Positions 8,748-19,706 of a DNA stretch of 35,273 bases are shown here, one piece after another (the first letter of the stretch is position 1; each line of letters begins with the position of its first letter). The DNA is from Nemertoderma westbladi. Taxonomy: Eukaryota > Animalia > Xenacoelomorpha. The notes below the pieces were generated by a model, which worked only from the letters and a program-made list of their open reading frames with translations, was not told where the DNA came from and did not search any database. The translations under genes were made by a program, and so were the position numbers. The stretch lies in NCBI GenBank assembly GCA_032718475.1, contig JAUCBJ010007565.1:1-35273 (forward strand), read 5' to 3'.

Positions 8748-10498
8748 CGCATAACATAAAAATATCGAGTGGTGAAAAATTGCCAGAGTTAAAATACTGG
8801 TATCAAGAGTGAAAAGATCGGGAGTAAAAATATCGAGAGTAAAAATATCGAGAGTAAAAATATCGCGAGTAAAATATAGAGAGGGAAAATATCGAGAGTG
8901 AAAATATCGGGAGTAAAAATATCGAGAGTAAAAATATCGAGAGTAAAAATATCGCGAGTAAAATATAGAGAGGGAAAATATCGAGAGTGAAAATATCGGG
9001 AGTAAAAATATCGAGAGTAAAAAATATCGAGTGTTGAAAAATATCAAGAATGAAAATATCGGGCTGTCGGGAGTAAAAATATCGGGCTGTTGGGAGTAAA
9101 AATATCGGGAGTAAAAATATCGAGAATGAAAATATCGGGAGTAAAAATATCGAGAATGAAAATATCGGGAGTAAAAATATCGTGAGTAAAAAATATTGAG
9201 TGTTGAAAAATATCAAGAGTGAAAATATCGGGCTGTCGGGAGTAAAAATATCGGGCTGCCAGGAGTAAAAATATCGGGAGTAAAAATATCGAGAATGAAA
9301 ATATCGGGAGTAAAAATATCGAGAGTAAAAATATCGAGAGTAAAAATATCGGGAGTAAAAATATCGAGAGTGAAAATATCGAGAATGAAAATATCGGGAG
9401 TAAAAATATCGAGAGTAAAAATATTAAGAGTGAAAATATCGGGAGTAAAAATATCGGGAGTAAAAATATCGAGAGTAAAAATATCAAGAGTGAAAATATC
9501 GGGAGTAAAAATATCGGGAGTAAAAATATCAAGAGTGAAAATATCGGGATTAAAAATATCAGGAGTAAAAATATTGAGAGTGAAAATATCGGGAGTAAAA
9601 ATATCGGGAGTAAAAATATCGGGAGTAAAAATATCGAGACTAAAAATATCAAGAGTGAAAATATCGGGAGTAAAAATATCGGGAATAAAAATATCGAGAC
9701 TAAAAATATCAAGAGTGAAAATATCGGCAGTAAAAATATCGGGAGTAAAAATATCGAGAGTAAAAATATCGGGAGTAAAAATATCGAGACTAAAAATATC
9801 AAGAGTGAAAATATCGGGAGTAAAAATATCGGGAGTAAAAATATCGGGAGTAAAATATCGAGAGTAAAAATATCGCGAGTAAAAATATCGCGAGTAAAAA
9901 TATCGAGAGTAAAAAATATCGAGAGTAAAAATATCGAGAGTAAAAATATCAAGAGTGAAAATATAGAGAGTAAAAATATCGAGAGTAACAATATTTTTAA
10001 TAAGGGATGTATGATAACTTTTTTCCTTAAAATATTCTAGAACAAAAAAATGTGTTCTAGAACAAAAATATTTATCAAAATTGATAGCTAGCACATATTC
10101 TATAATATCTATTAAAAAAATAGCAAAATCTAGGTACGGTAGTATAACAAATATGGTCAATCGGTGGGTACTCAAGGTTTATTAAATGCCATTTATTTGG
10201 ACTTCTCTGATGTACCACATGCACTGCAAAATTGTGCCATAATTCTAAATAAAATGCTCACAATATTTTTACTCTCGATATTTCCACTCTCGATATTTTT
10301 CAACACTCTATATTTTTCAACACTCTATATTTTTCAACACTCTATATTTTTCAACACTCTATATTTTTCAACACTCTATATTTTTCAACACTCTATATTT
10401 TTCAACACTCTATATTTTTCAACACTCTATATTTTTCAACACTCTATATTTTACAACACTCGATATTTTTCAACACTCAATATTTTTTAATATAACCG
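8748..10498. mobile_element. Foldback-like non-autonomous element with arms built from tandem repeats in opposite orientation
   Basis: Left arm (~8757-9995) is ~15-bp GAGTAAAAATATC(G/R) units with occasional GAGTGTTGAAAAATATC. Right arm (~10260-10490) is reverse-complement units (TATTTTTACTCTCGA, then ~19-bp TATATTTTTCAACACTCTA). Outer ends are similar when inverted. No TSD recognised. Confidence 0.6.
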
Positions 10499-10599
10499 CC
10501 TATTGCAGTACCGTATTGATTGTATAGCCAAGTATACTGATTCACACTGTAATATACAAATTACTTTTTCCTATAGGAATATCAAAAGAACTGGGGCTG

Positions 10600-10705
10600 C
10601 AAACTCTGATCACTATTACGGATTCCGTGGAATAAACTCCCCTCCTCTACCAATCAACCGGGGTGGATCTCTAAAAACATTCCGGGATAATATAGTTAAA
10701 CACAA
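10600..10705 (+). mobile_element. Possible degraded 3' end of a CR1/L2-group LINE ORF2
   Basis: Frameshifted WNKLPS...GSLKTFRDNIVKH resembles the WNxLP...SLxxFKxxL C-terminal motif of these LINEs. Confidence 0.35.
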
Positions 10706-10903
10706 TATTGACTTAGAGAGGTATAAATTATATGAGTACTCTTACTATAGCACGGTTTGTTATAAATATAAAGTACCGGATGGTATGCACGATTACGCAC
10801 TGGCTGGCGGTGGCTGGTCCTCACGGCGAAAACCCTGAGTTATGGTGTAACCACTCGTGCGTGACTGAAACGCAAACAAACATGTTCATTTGTTTATTTT
10901 TAG

Positions 10904-11118
10904 ATGCCAAAGTATGGAGCGGGCCTTACCGACGTTGCCCAGTAGTCTAGAACCACAGTTCTACAGCGCGGTGTTGGCCAATCAGACAGTAGCGATAGTG
11001 GAGCGCCGCCCGGTAAACGCGGAGGATCAGTCGCTACAGCGACCCGGTAAACGGAATCACAAGTACGAGAGGATCAGTAGGAAGCGTCGCTGCGAATCGA
11101 TGGTGGAGTTTAATGGAG
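10904..11118 (+). CDS. Coding exon 2 of transmembrane adaptor
   Basis: Acceptor TTTATTTTTAG|A, donor GAG|GTGGGC; phase 2 in, phase 1 out. Encodes CQSMERALPTLP...FYSAV...KYERI...NG; GC-rich island in AT-rich intron. Confidence 0.75.
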
Positions 11119-12724
11119 GTGGGCGAGTCTAACAAAAATAATACATTATATAACTTAATAAGTTATTGTAGAGGTGGCGAGCAAGAAGGGTGTCTAGCCG
11201 GCAGATAACAAAGCTACTCTAAAAAATAAATCACAACAAACAATACACCTGTTCAGAAAATTTGGATAAAATATTATAATAAATGCATCTATTCGTCGTG
11301 CAGGAGATAATCTCATCTGTTTAGATCTGTAAACCCCTTTTCGGCGCCTCGACTCCATTAATAGTTTATTAATAGGTTATTAATAGTTTAAAGTAAGAAA
11401 ATCTCATCTGTTAGAGGGGAAGGTGCCGAGGACAGCGGTGGCATTTCCTCTCACCACCGCCACGGATGGGCGTTGGTGGAGGGAAGCTGTGGGGTTCACC
11501 AGTGGTATGGGCGATCTTCCTCCCTATCTCGCGAATGGTGCTGGTTGCTTCAGCCCCGATCGGCTCGAGAGTCTAGGTAGCAAATAGTTACAAAGAGATA
11601 GTCGCGGCACAGGTCAGCGTATTTGTTTGCCTGTAATCGCTCTGCTGCGGTTGCTGCGGCTGTTCCGGCAGTCTGGGACATCGCGACTTACCATAGTTGT
11701 GGACACGGTTTTGTCCATGTACGCCTGAGGTGTTCACTTGAGCACTACTCATGCTCAGAGCAGATTGTAGTGTCTGTATGCAGATTGATACGCCAATTCG
11801 TAGTTGGTCATCCTCGAGGCGGAGTCCCAGATATAAGATATAGGAACCGGGCGTTTAGCCGTAGTCACGAAGCCGTGATCTACCCTGGCAGCCAACAGAC
11901 GCGCCTTAGTGATATTTTTTTGTTTAAATTCATTTTTAAATTGTAATAAAATCAACTATTTTTCCCCTTTGTTGTAATTTAATGCTCTGCCTATTAGGCC
12001 AGCCGTACATTTAATGCGCTCCAGTTTACGACGCGGAATAATATTTGCTAAGTCCTATGTTCTGTTTGTCTTACTTGAAAGTTGAAAACTGGCAAATTAT
12101 AATATTGAAAAACACAGCTCTTCCATATCCTGGATAGCTTGAGCATTTCTATCAGGCTTTCTCTCAGGGATCCTGAGAGAAATTCTGAGTATCAGCTACT
12201 AGTAACCAGTCCATCCAGTGATTGAATGTTGCTGTTGTCTGAGTCCATGTTTACTGTCAGAATTAAAAAAAACTCAATTATACTGTCAGAAACACACAGA
12301 ATAGATTCAATTCAATACAAAGTTACTAACTGACATATCGGAATTGAACTCACCGACCCGGAATACTCACACGATGTATAATTTAGCTCGTTGATGTGCT
12401 TCCTTCATGTGAGACATTATTAACCAAACAGACCGTAGACAGTCAGTATCTAAACTAGGTCTACTACTCCTTCGCAATGTTTCAACCAATAAAGTTAGTT
12501 TCAATAGTTTGTAGTTGGACCAAGATAGTGGGTGGGTCTAGTGTAGCCATGATAAAATAGGTATACTATACTAACCTCTACCTCTAACCCCAATTGACAG
12601 CCATATTTTTAAAAAGAAGGTTCAAGGTGTTAATTTTAGTAACTTAAATACAATAAATACTCCGATCAATTTATTTAGTTTTGAATTCGCTATTACTTGA
12701 CTAATAAATATTCTATATTGACAG

Positions 12725-12883
12725 CGTCCAATGCGGGGCCATCGGTCCACGCTACCTCGTCCTGGCACGACGTCCGTCAACCCGCCACACAACAGAACGC
12801 CGTCGAACCAATCGAACCAATCTCCTACGTGATCAGCGATGACGCCTACTACCAAAGCATCAGCGACACGTATCGGCATCTGG
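12725..12883 (+). CDS. Coding exon 3 of transmembrane adaptor
   Basis: Branch-like TGACTAAT ~20 nt upstream, acceptor GACAG|, donor TGG|GTACGG; phase 1/1. Encodes ...SYVISDDAYYQSISDTYRHL. Confidence 0.75.
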
Positions 12884-14865
12884 GTACGGCCAAGGGCGAG
12901 GGGAAGGTTAACAACATACCATCCAATCGTGAGAAAGGTGTGTAACCGTCCGTACTGGGTACGGCCAAGGGCGAGGGGAAGGTTAACAACATAGCAGCCA
13001 ATCGTGAGAAAGGTGTGTACCCGTCCGTACTGGGTACGGCCAAGGGCGAGGGGAAGGTTAACAACATACCAGCCAATCGTGAGAAAGGTGTGTACCCGTC
13101 CGTACTGGGTGCGGCCAAGGGCGAGGGGAAGGTTAACAACATACCATCCAATCGTGAGAAAGGTGTGTACCCGTCCGTACTGGGTGTGGCCAAGGGCGAG
13201 GGGAAGGTTAACAACATACCATCCAATCGTGAGAAAGGTGTGTACCCGTCCGTACTGGGTACGGCAAAGGGCGAGGGGAAGGCTAACAACATACCAGCCA
13301 ATCGTGAGAAAGGTGTGTACCCGTCCGTACTGGGTGCGGCCAAGGGCGAGGGGAAGGTTAACAACATACCAGCCAATCGTGAGAAAGGTGTGTACCCGTC
13401 CGTACTGGGTACGGCCAAGGGCGAGGGGAAGGTTAACAACATACCATCCAATCGTGAGAAAGGTGTGTACCCGTCCGTACTGGGTACGGCAAAGGGCGAG
13501 GGGAAGGCTAACAACATACCAGCCAATCGTGAGAAAGGTGTGTACCCGTCCGTACTGGGTGCGGCCAAGGGCGAGGGGAAGGTTAACAACATACCAGCCA
13601 ATCGTGAGAAAGGTGTGTACCCGACCGTACTGGGTACGGCCAAGGGCGAGGGGAAGGTTAACAACATAGCAGCCAATCGTGAGAAAGGTGTGTAACCGTC
13701 CGTACTGGGTACGGCCAAGGGCGAGGGGAAGGTTAACAACATAGCAGCCAATCGTGAGAAAGGTGTGTACCCGTCCGTACTGGGTGCGGCCAAGGGCGAG
13801 GGGAAGGTTAACAACATAGCAGCCAATCGTGAGAAAGGTGTGTACCCGACCGTACTGGGTACGGCCAAGGGCGAGGGGAAAGTTAACAACATAGCAGCCA
13901 ATCGTGAGAAAGGTGTGTACCCGACCGTACTGGGTACGGCCAAGGGCGAGGGGAAGGTTAACAACATAGCAGCCAATCGTGAGAAAGGTGTGTAACCGTC
14001 CGTACTGGGTACGGCCAAGGGCGAGGGGAAGGTTAACAACATACCAGCCAATCGTGAGAAAGGTGTGTACCCGACCGTACTGGGTACGGCCAAGGGCGAG
14101 GGGAAGGTTAACAACATAGCAGCCAATCGTGAGAAAGGTGTGTAACCGTCCGTACTGGGTACGGCCAAGGGCGAGGGGAAGGTTAACAACATAGCAGCCA
14201 ATCGTGAGAAAGGTGTGTACCCGTCCGTACTGGGTGCGGCCAAGGGCGAGGGGAAGGTTAACAACATAGCAGCCAATCGTGAGAAAGGTGTGTACCCGAC
14301 CGTACTGGGTACGGCCAAGGGCGAGGGGAAAGTTAACAACATAGCAGCCAATCGTGAGAAAGGTGTGTAACCGTCCGTACTGGGTACGGCCAAGGGCGAG
14401 GGGAAGGTTAACAACATAGCAGCCAATCGTGAGAAAGGTGTGTACCCGACCGTACTGGGTACGGCCAAGGGCGAGGGGAAGGCTAACAACATACCAGCCA
14501 ATCGTGAGAAAGGTGTGTAACCGTCCGTACTGGGTACGGCCAAGGGCGAGGGGAAGGTTAACAACATACCAGCCAATCGTGAGAAAGGTGTGTAACCGTC
14601 CGTACTGGGTGTGGCCAAGGGCGAGGGGAAGGCTAACAACATAGCAGCCAATCGTGAGAAAGGTGTGTAACCGTCCCTACTGGGTGCGGCCAAGGGCGAG
14701 GGGAAGGCTAACAATATACCAGCCAATCGTGAGAAAGGTGTGTAACCGTCCGTACTGGGTGCGGCCAAGGGCGAGGGGAAGGCTAACAATATACCAGCCA
14801 ATCGTGAGAAAGGTGTGTAACCGTCCGTACTGGGTGCGGCCAAGGGCGAGGGGAAGGTTAACAAC
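12880..14865. repeat. 75-bp satellite, left block (~26 copies)
   Basis: Unit CTGGGTACGGCCAAGGGCGAGGGGAAGGTTAACAACATACCAGCCAATCGTGAGAAAGGTGTGTACCCGTCCGTA. Confidence 0.97.
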
Positions 14866-15020
14866 TCTGTCTCTGGAAAAATCTAAAAAGAAACAAGGAA
14901 AAATACAAAAAGTAAAGGCCAATACCAAAGTTTCACCCTCAAACTCACCTCCAAAGGATAAACCTGTCATTTCAGCTATTACACCCAATAACTTAAAAGA
15001 AAATACATAAACCAGCTCTG

Positions 15021-16079
15021 ATGATCCCCGACTCGCCTGTTAAAACTTCAGTTCCACACCCACATAACTTGGATGATGTCATGTATAGTGCATACACTTG
15101 GCAGAAACCTGCACAAACCTATAAACCTCAACATGGGCAGATACAGGGATCAGTGGGTATTAAATTACAAAATAGATTCAAGCCTCTAGAAATAGATAAT
15201 GAATGGGAATCACAGGTTGCTACACTGCTCAAAGAACAGAATCTGCTCCTCCATAACATACTAGGACACTCGTTGATATCTGCCTCACAGAGTACACCAT
15301 CTCAAGGAGAAGGGACGAATGGAAATTCTAAAGGAGCTCCTCAGGATCACAATATAAGAATAGATGCCCATAGCAGACTTAATGAACACACTTCCTCAAA
15401 GAGACTCACTTCAGACACAGGGAAACGCTCTGACCCTTCTGATAACTATGAAGCATACAATTATTGGTCAAACTCTGAAGATTCTACTAAAAATCTAGAG
15501 GCTTACAACTACTACTTTAATCTTGAAAACTTAAATACTAGTAGACCTAAAAGATCAAATGAACATACCTGTAATAAAGCTAATCAGTATTATATGAATC
15601 ATGAAGATCCAGTTCGAAATCTAGAAGCTTACAACCACTACTTAAATTCTGAAAGTTGTTTATTACCAGGTAGAGGGGGAATCTTGACACAAGTGGGGGA
15701 TACAAAATCTATCCAGACATCTACAACAAATCATCAGCAGGAATTGAAATTAGTCACAGTCTTAGTCAGAGGTCTTCCTACAAATACCTCATCCTTTGGA
15801 CTATCACAATTTTGCTTTAAGCAAACCGGACATAGACCTTTAAATGTAATGATAATTGGTTCCAAGGGCACAATCAAAAATGCAAAAATAACCATTGAAA
15901 AGACCTATCTCCCAATGTTTTTGCGGCAAGATATGTGGCCTAATCTCTCTCTAAGTGTTATACCTGCGCACCTAAATCAAGGAAATAAATATATGAAACA
16001 ACTGCACTATAATGGTGGATGGCAGACACATGCAAACTATTACTATTATCCAAAGCCACAACCAAGGCAGTGGTTTTAA
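15021..16079 (+). CDS. LINE ORF1 (probably C-terminal part), with RRM-like C-terminal domain
   Basis: LQNRFKPL motif. VLVRGLPTNTS...AKITI...DMWP resembles the RRM-like 'WP' domain of RTE-X/CR1-group ORF1s. Overlaps ORF2 start by 68 bp. Confidence 0.7.
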   Translation: MIPDSPVKTSVPHPHNLDDVMYSAYTWQKPAQTYKPQHGQIQGSVGIKLQNRFKPLEIDNEWESQVATLLKEQNLLLHNILGHSLISASQSTPSQGEGTNGNSKGAPQDHNIRIDAHSRLNEHTSSKRLTSDTGKRSDPSDNYEAYNYWSNSEDSTKNLEAYNYYFNLENLNTSRPKRSNEHTCNKANQYYMNHEDPVRNLEAYNHYLNSESCLLPGRGGILTQVGDTKSIQTSTTNHQQELKLVTVLVRGLPTNTSSFGLSQFCFKQTGHRPLNVMIIGSKGTIKNAKITIEKTYLPMFLRQDMWPNLSLSVIPAHLNQGNKYMKQLHYNGGWQTHANYYYYPKPQPRQWF

Positions 16080-19000
16080 GCAGACTTCAAAATACTGTGC
16101 AGTAGTGAATGAAGGTCAAGTTTTACATGCTCATAAATATGAAACTAAATCTAGTACTGGATTCTTAAAAATAGAAACTTTTAATTGCAAGGGTTTTATC
16201 AGAAATAAATCATATATCATACAAAGATTGAATACTGAGAAACCAGATGTTCTGATGTTACAAGAACACTGGCTTGGGCCTAGACAAGCTGACTTTTTCT
16301 TCAAGAGACAGTCTCTACATAAAGAATATACATGTGTTGATTACACAATCTCATCAGAGATGCTTAAACCCAAGCGGCGGATACGGGGAGAAGGGGGAAC
16401 GGTTATATATATAAAAAATAACCTACAAGTATTTTGCAGTCCTTTAAACTTAAACTCTGAACGTTTAACTGGTATTAGAATTGCTGGAGCTTTTGATAGA
16501 GACTTGGCAATAATCAATATATATCTCCCTTCAGATTGCAACAGACCTGAAGATAAAAATAATTATTTTCTTACCACTACTCACCTGGCTACTGTCATTG
16601 AAGAATGTCAGGCAGCTGGTTTGGGTATAATCATAGGAGGTGATATTAATGGGTCACTTAAAGCAGATATTTTTCATCCCAGAGGATCTAGAAGTTATTC
16701 ACATTTTGGACATATTTTTAACAATGTCATATTGAGAAATTATGACTTTACAGTTGCTGACATGTGTATAAAGGCATCTGGTCCAATGTCTACATACACC
16801 TTCAATAACAAATTTGGAGATATCATTCGTGAGAGTTACATTGATCACATATTAGTTGGAAATGAAATGTATGAAAATATCCGAGAGTCACTTGTACTAG
16901 AACATGATGAGAAAAACCTCTCTGATCATAGGCCAGTAAAGATACTCCTCCAATATAAAAAGACTCTCCAAGTGGAAGACAATCTACTACGATCTCGAAT
17001 TAAACAAACTAAATTTGATTTCAAAAAGGCAACAAATGTACAGAAGGTTGCTTACAGAGAGGAAATCCGAGGAAAGCTTGAATCTGTAAATCACAATGTA
17101 ACTTTAGATGAGAAAGTGAATATCCTAACAAATACTATAAACGAAGCATCCAAAAACAATATTCCTAGATTTTACTGGAAACCAAAAACTCATTTGAAAT
17201 ATCGCAAAAACTTAAAGGTGACTGGAAAACGTAGCACAAATTACTCAAAAGACTACCAAGACTATCAACAACATATAAGAGATATTATTGCAACAAACAG
17301 GCATGATCCGAAACTTTTCTGGAAAAATATTAAGCCAGTAAAAGACAACTTCATTGTTCCAAATCCTACATTACTATATCACGAAGTTAAAACACAATTC
17401 AACAACTGTATGCAACACAATGAAGATCCATCACTTCATACACCTGATCCCACATGTAGTAATTCAAAGCCCGAGCTGGGGAAGACAGTCAAAGATGACT
17501 GTTCAACGAAGACAAACCCAAATAATATAACCCCAACAGAAATTGAATCCAATATAAAGGACCTTAACCGGCAGAAGGCAGCTGATATCAACAATATCAT
17601 CTCAGAATCTTTATTTTATGGCCTATCCGATACACTTACGGGTTTCATTGCAGATATTTTCAATGAGATTAACCGCAAAGGGAAAACCCCTCTTTCCTTC
17701 TCAACTAGTATAATATTTCCTGTTCCTAAACCAGCCAAGAAGAACTCTGTAATACAAAATTCAACACGATTTCGAAATATAAGTATTATCACTGTTTTGG
17801 CAAAATTATGGGAGCGAACTATCATTAAAGAGCTTGAATGTCTGACTCTAAATGAACTCCAGCTTGGTTATAGAAAAGGCATAGGCAGTGAAACTGCTTA
17901 TTTATTGGCATCCCAGCTAATTCGAAAGTTTAACAAGAAAAACTCAAAAATATATGCCTTATCTCTTGATATGTCGGCTGCATTCGATAAAGTTAGCTAC
18001 ACTATGCTTTTTGACAAACTGAGACAGTCAAAATTAAATGGCAACATTGTTGATGCTATAGAGACATACTATAGAAATTCGGTCGCATATTTGAATTGTA
18101 ATGGATATTGTTATGCAGAGCCGATTGCCTTGTGTCAAGGTGTGCGACAAGGTGGAGTCCTATCCCCACTACTATTCAACTATTACATGACGGATTTAAT
18201 TACTGAAATAGTGGAGAGCGGCCTAGGAGTTCACATAGCAAGGGAATCTTTTGCCATTTTAACATATGCAGATGATGTACTGCTGCTTGCTACACTTAAA
18301 TCAGATTTACAGGAAATGCTGCAATTATCGAGCTGCTTCCTCGAGAAACACAACATGAAATTGAACTTCTCAAAATGTCACTTTCTATCCATAGAAACAG
18401 ATGGCAGGTGTTCTACTAATGATAGCATAACCTTCTGCGGTAAAGTAGTAGATGCGGCTGATGGTTGTTTTTATATGGGTATCCCGCTACCTTCACATCG
18501 GAATAGGCTCAAAGATCATCTCAACACCAAAGTCTGGTCTAACCTTTCTATGTTAAAAAATCGGGGTCTAACTGTGGATCAAATAACGCTTAAAATCTCC
18601 AGCTTAGTTTGGCGTATGATATGTCTACCCTCTATATCATATGGGGCCCTAGCCTTATCCAACAATGAACTGACTGAAGTTGCAAGCAGCTGTAGGTCTG
18701 CCATGAGGGATATTATACACTTAAAGAGCTACATGCCAAATGCAGTGTTAGCTCAACTTTTTGAGATTGATGTGGAAAGTCACCTACGACTTACTAACTT
18801 TCGAGGACTATATAATACATTTAACACCTCCAATAAAAAGATATCTTCTTTCTTTGGGTCTTTACTGTGTGACCACTGGACAGACGAGGATAATAAAGAC
18901 TCAATTTTTACTCTTTATCAGATGTCCAGCTGGTATCATGACTTGCCACCACTGAATTCACTAGCTGTGCATAATTACTCCCCTCAACACTGCATACAAA

Positions 19001-19152
19001 AACGGAAGAAAGAGTTGCAGCACCAAATCACTGATCGTGATATGTTCCTCACGCTGATTAATCTATCTCTCCTCAACAGGCCAGACATACCTATGTCACT
19101 GAGAAAGGAGGTTTTGCAAGAGACTAATAAGATGGTCTTGGTGGGCTTATAA
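16012..19152 (+). CDS. LINE ORF2: apurinic-type endonuclease + reverse transcriptase, 1046 aa, uninterrupted
   Basis: EN motifs TFNCKG, LQEHW, NIYLP, GGDIN, IDHI, SDHRP. RT motifs FRNISI, QLGYRKG, LDMSAAFDKV, GVRQGGVLSPLLFN, YADD. Confidence 0.96.
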   Translation: MVDGRHMQTITIIQSHNQGSGFKQTSKYCAVVNEGQVLHAHKYETKSSTGFLKIETFNCKGFIRNKSYIIQRLNTEKPDVLMLQEHWLGPRQADFFFKRQSLHKEYTCVDYTISSEMLKPKRRIRGEGGTVIYIKNNLQVFCSPLNLNSERLTGIRIAGAFDRDLAIINIYLPSDCNRPEDKNNYFLTTTHLATVIEECQAAGLGIIIGGDINGSLKADIFHPRGSRSYSHFGHIFNNVILRNYDFTVADMCIKASGPMSTYTFNNKFGDIIRESYIDHILVGNEMYENIRESLVLEHDEKNLSDHRPVKILLQYKKTLQVEDNLLRSRIKQTKFDFKKATNVQKVAYREEIRGKLESVNHNVTLDEKVNILTNTINEASKNNIPRFYWKPKTHLKYRKNLKVTGKRSTNYSKDYQDYQQHIRDIIATNRHDPKLFWKNIKPVKDNFIVPNPTLLYHEVKTQFNNCMQHNEDPSLHTPDPTCSNSKPELGKTVKDDCSTKTNPNNITPTEIESNIKDLNRQKAADINNIISESLFYGLSDTLTGFIADIFNEINRKGKTPLSFSTSIIFPVPKPAKKNSVIQNSTRFRNISIITVLAKLWERTIIKELECLTLNELQLGYRKGIGSETAYLLASQLIRKFNKKNSKIYALSLDMSAAFDKVSYTMLFDKLRQSKLNGNIVDAIETYYRNSVAYLNCNGYCYAEPIALCQGVRQGGVLSPLLFNYYMTDLITEIVESGLGVHIARESFAILTYADDVLLLATLKSDLQEMLQLSSCFLEKHNMKLNFSKCHFLSIETDGRCSTNDSITFCGKVVDAADGCFYMGIPLPSHRNRLKDHLNTKVWSNLSMLKNRGLTVDQITLKISSLVWRMICLPSISYGALALSNNELTEVASSCRSAMRDIIHLKSYMPNAVLAQLFEIDVESHLRLTNFRGLYNTFNTSNKKISSFFGSLLCDHWTDEDNKDSIFTLYQMSSWYHDLPPLNSLAVHNYSPQHCIQKRKKELQHQITDRDMFLTLINLSLLNRPDIPMSLRKEVLQETNKMVLVGL

Positions 19153-19181
19153 CTTCTGTTTTCGCTGGACATACTTATTTA

Positions 19182-19651
19182 GTTAACTGCACATTCATTT
19201 CAAGTAATATTGTAATGCAATTTTAATGTGAATCCTTTTCAGCTAACTGCACATTTAATTCAGTTTAATATTTAAATGCAATTTCAATGTGAACCGTTTA
19301 TTGTGGTTCTCTTTTACATATACTCTGCGTCTGCTCTATACATCAGATGTTAACTGCACATTCATTTCAAGTAATATTTTAATGCAATTTTAATGTGAAT
19401 CCTTTTCAGATAACTGCACATTTAATTCAGTTTAATATTTAAATGCAATTTTAATGTGAACCGTTTATTGTGGTTCTCTTTTACATATACTCTGCGTCTG
19501 CTCTATACATCAGATGTTAACTGCACATTCATTTCAAGTAATATTTTAATGCAATTTTAATGTGAATCCTTTTCAGCTAACTGCACATTTAATTCTGTTT
19601 AATATTTAAATGCAATTTTAATGTGAACCGTTTATTGTGGTTCTCTTTTAC
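19182..19651 (+). repeat. 167-bp tandem repeat (~2.8 copies) in LINE 3' UTR
   Basis: Units start GTTAACTGCACATT at 19182, 19349, 19516. Each holds two ~60-bp subunits bounded by CACATT...AATGTG. Confidence 0.9.
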
Positions 19652-19706
19652 TAATTATGACTCTAATATAGCCGCCGGGGCGCAAGCCGGATAATAATAA
19701 TAATAA

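Larger units (their letters stand above)
14866..19706 (+). mobile_element. Non-LTR retrotransposon (LINE, APE+RT, RTE-X-like), probably 5'-truncated, inserted into the 75-bp satellite
   Basis: ORF1 + ORF2, 3' UTR, terminal GGC-GCAA-GCC hairpin (19679-19688) and (TAA)n tail. TAACAAC is duplicated at 14859-14865 and 19707-19713. Confidence 0.92.

Noticed and set aside
8709-10490. Long ORFs of IFLLP/DIFTP/KISGV repeats
   Set aside because: Translation artefacts of 15-bp and 19-bp tandem repeats
12849-14864. 671-aa minus-strand ORF and other ORFs in the 75-bp array (also 19632-20786)
   Set aside because: A stop-free frame of a satellite whose unit is divisible by 3; there are no unique coding flanks, and the right block is frameshifted by +4 variants
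19662-19700. Twister-ribozyme-like words (GCCGG...CAAG..CCGGATAA) at the LINE 3' end
   Set aside because: No downstream pseudoknot partner or closing stem; it is directly followed by the (TAA)n tail, so a simple 3' stem-loop explains it
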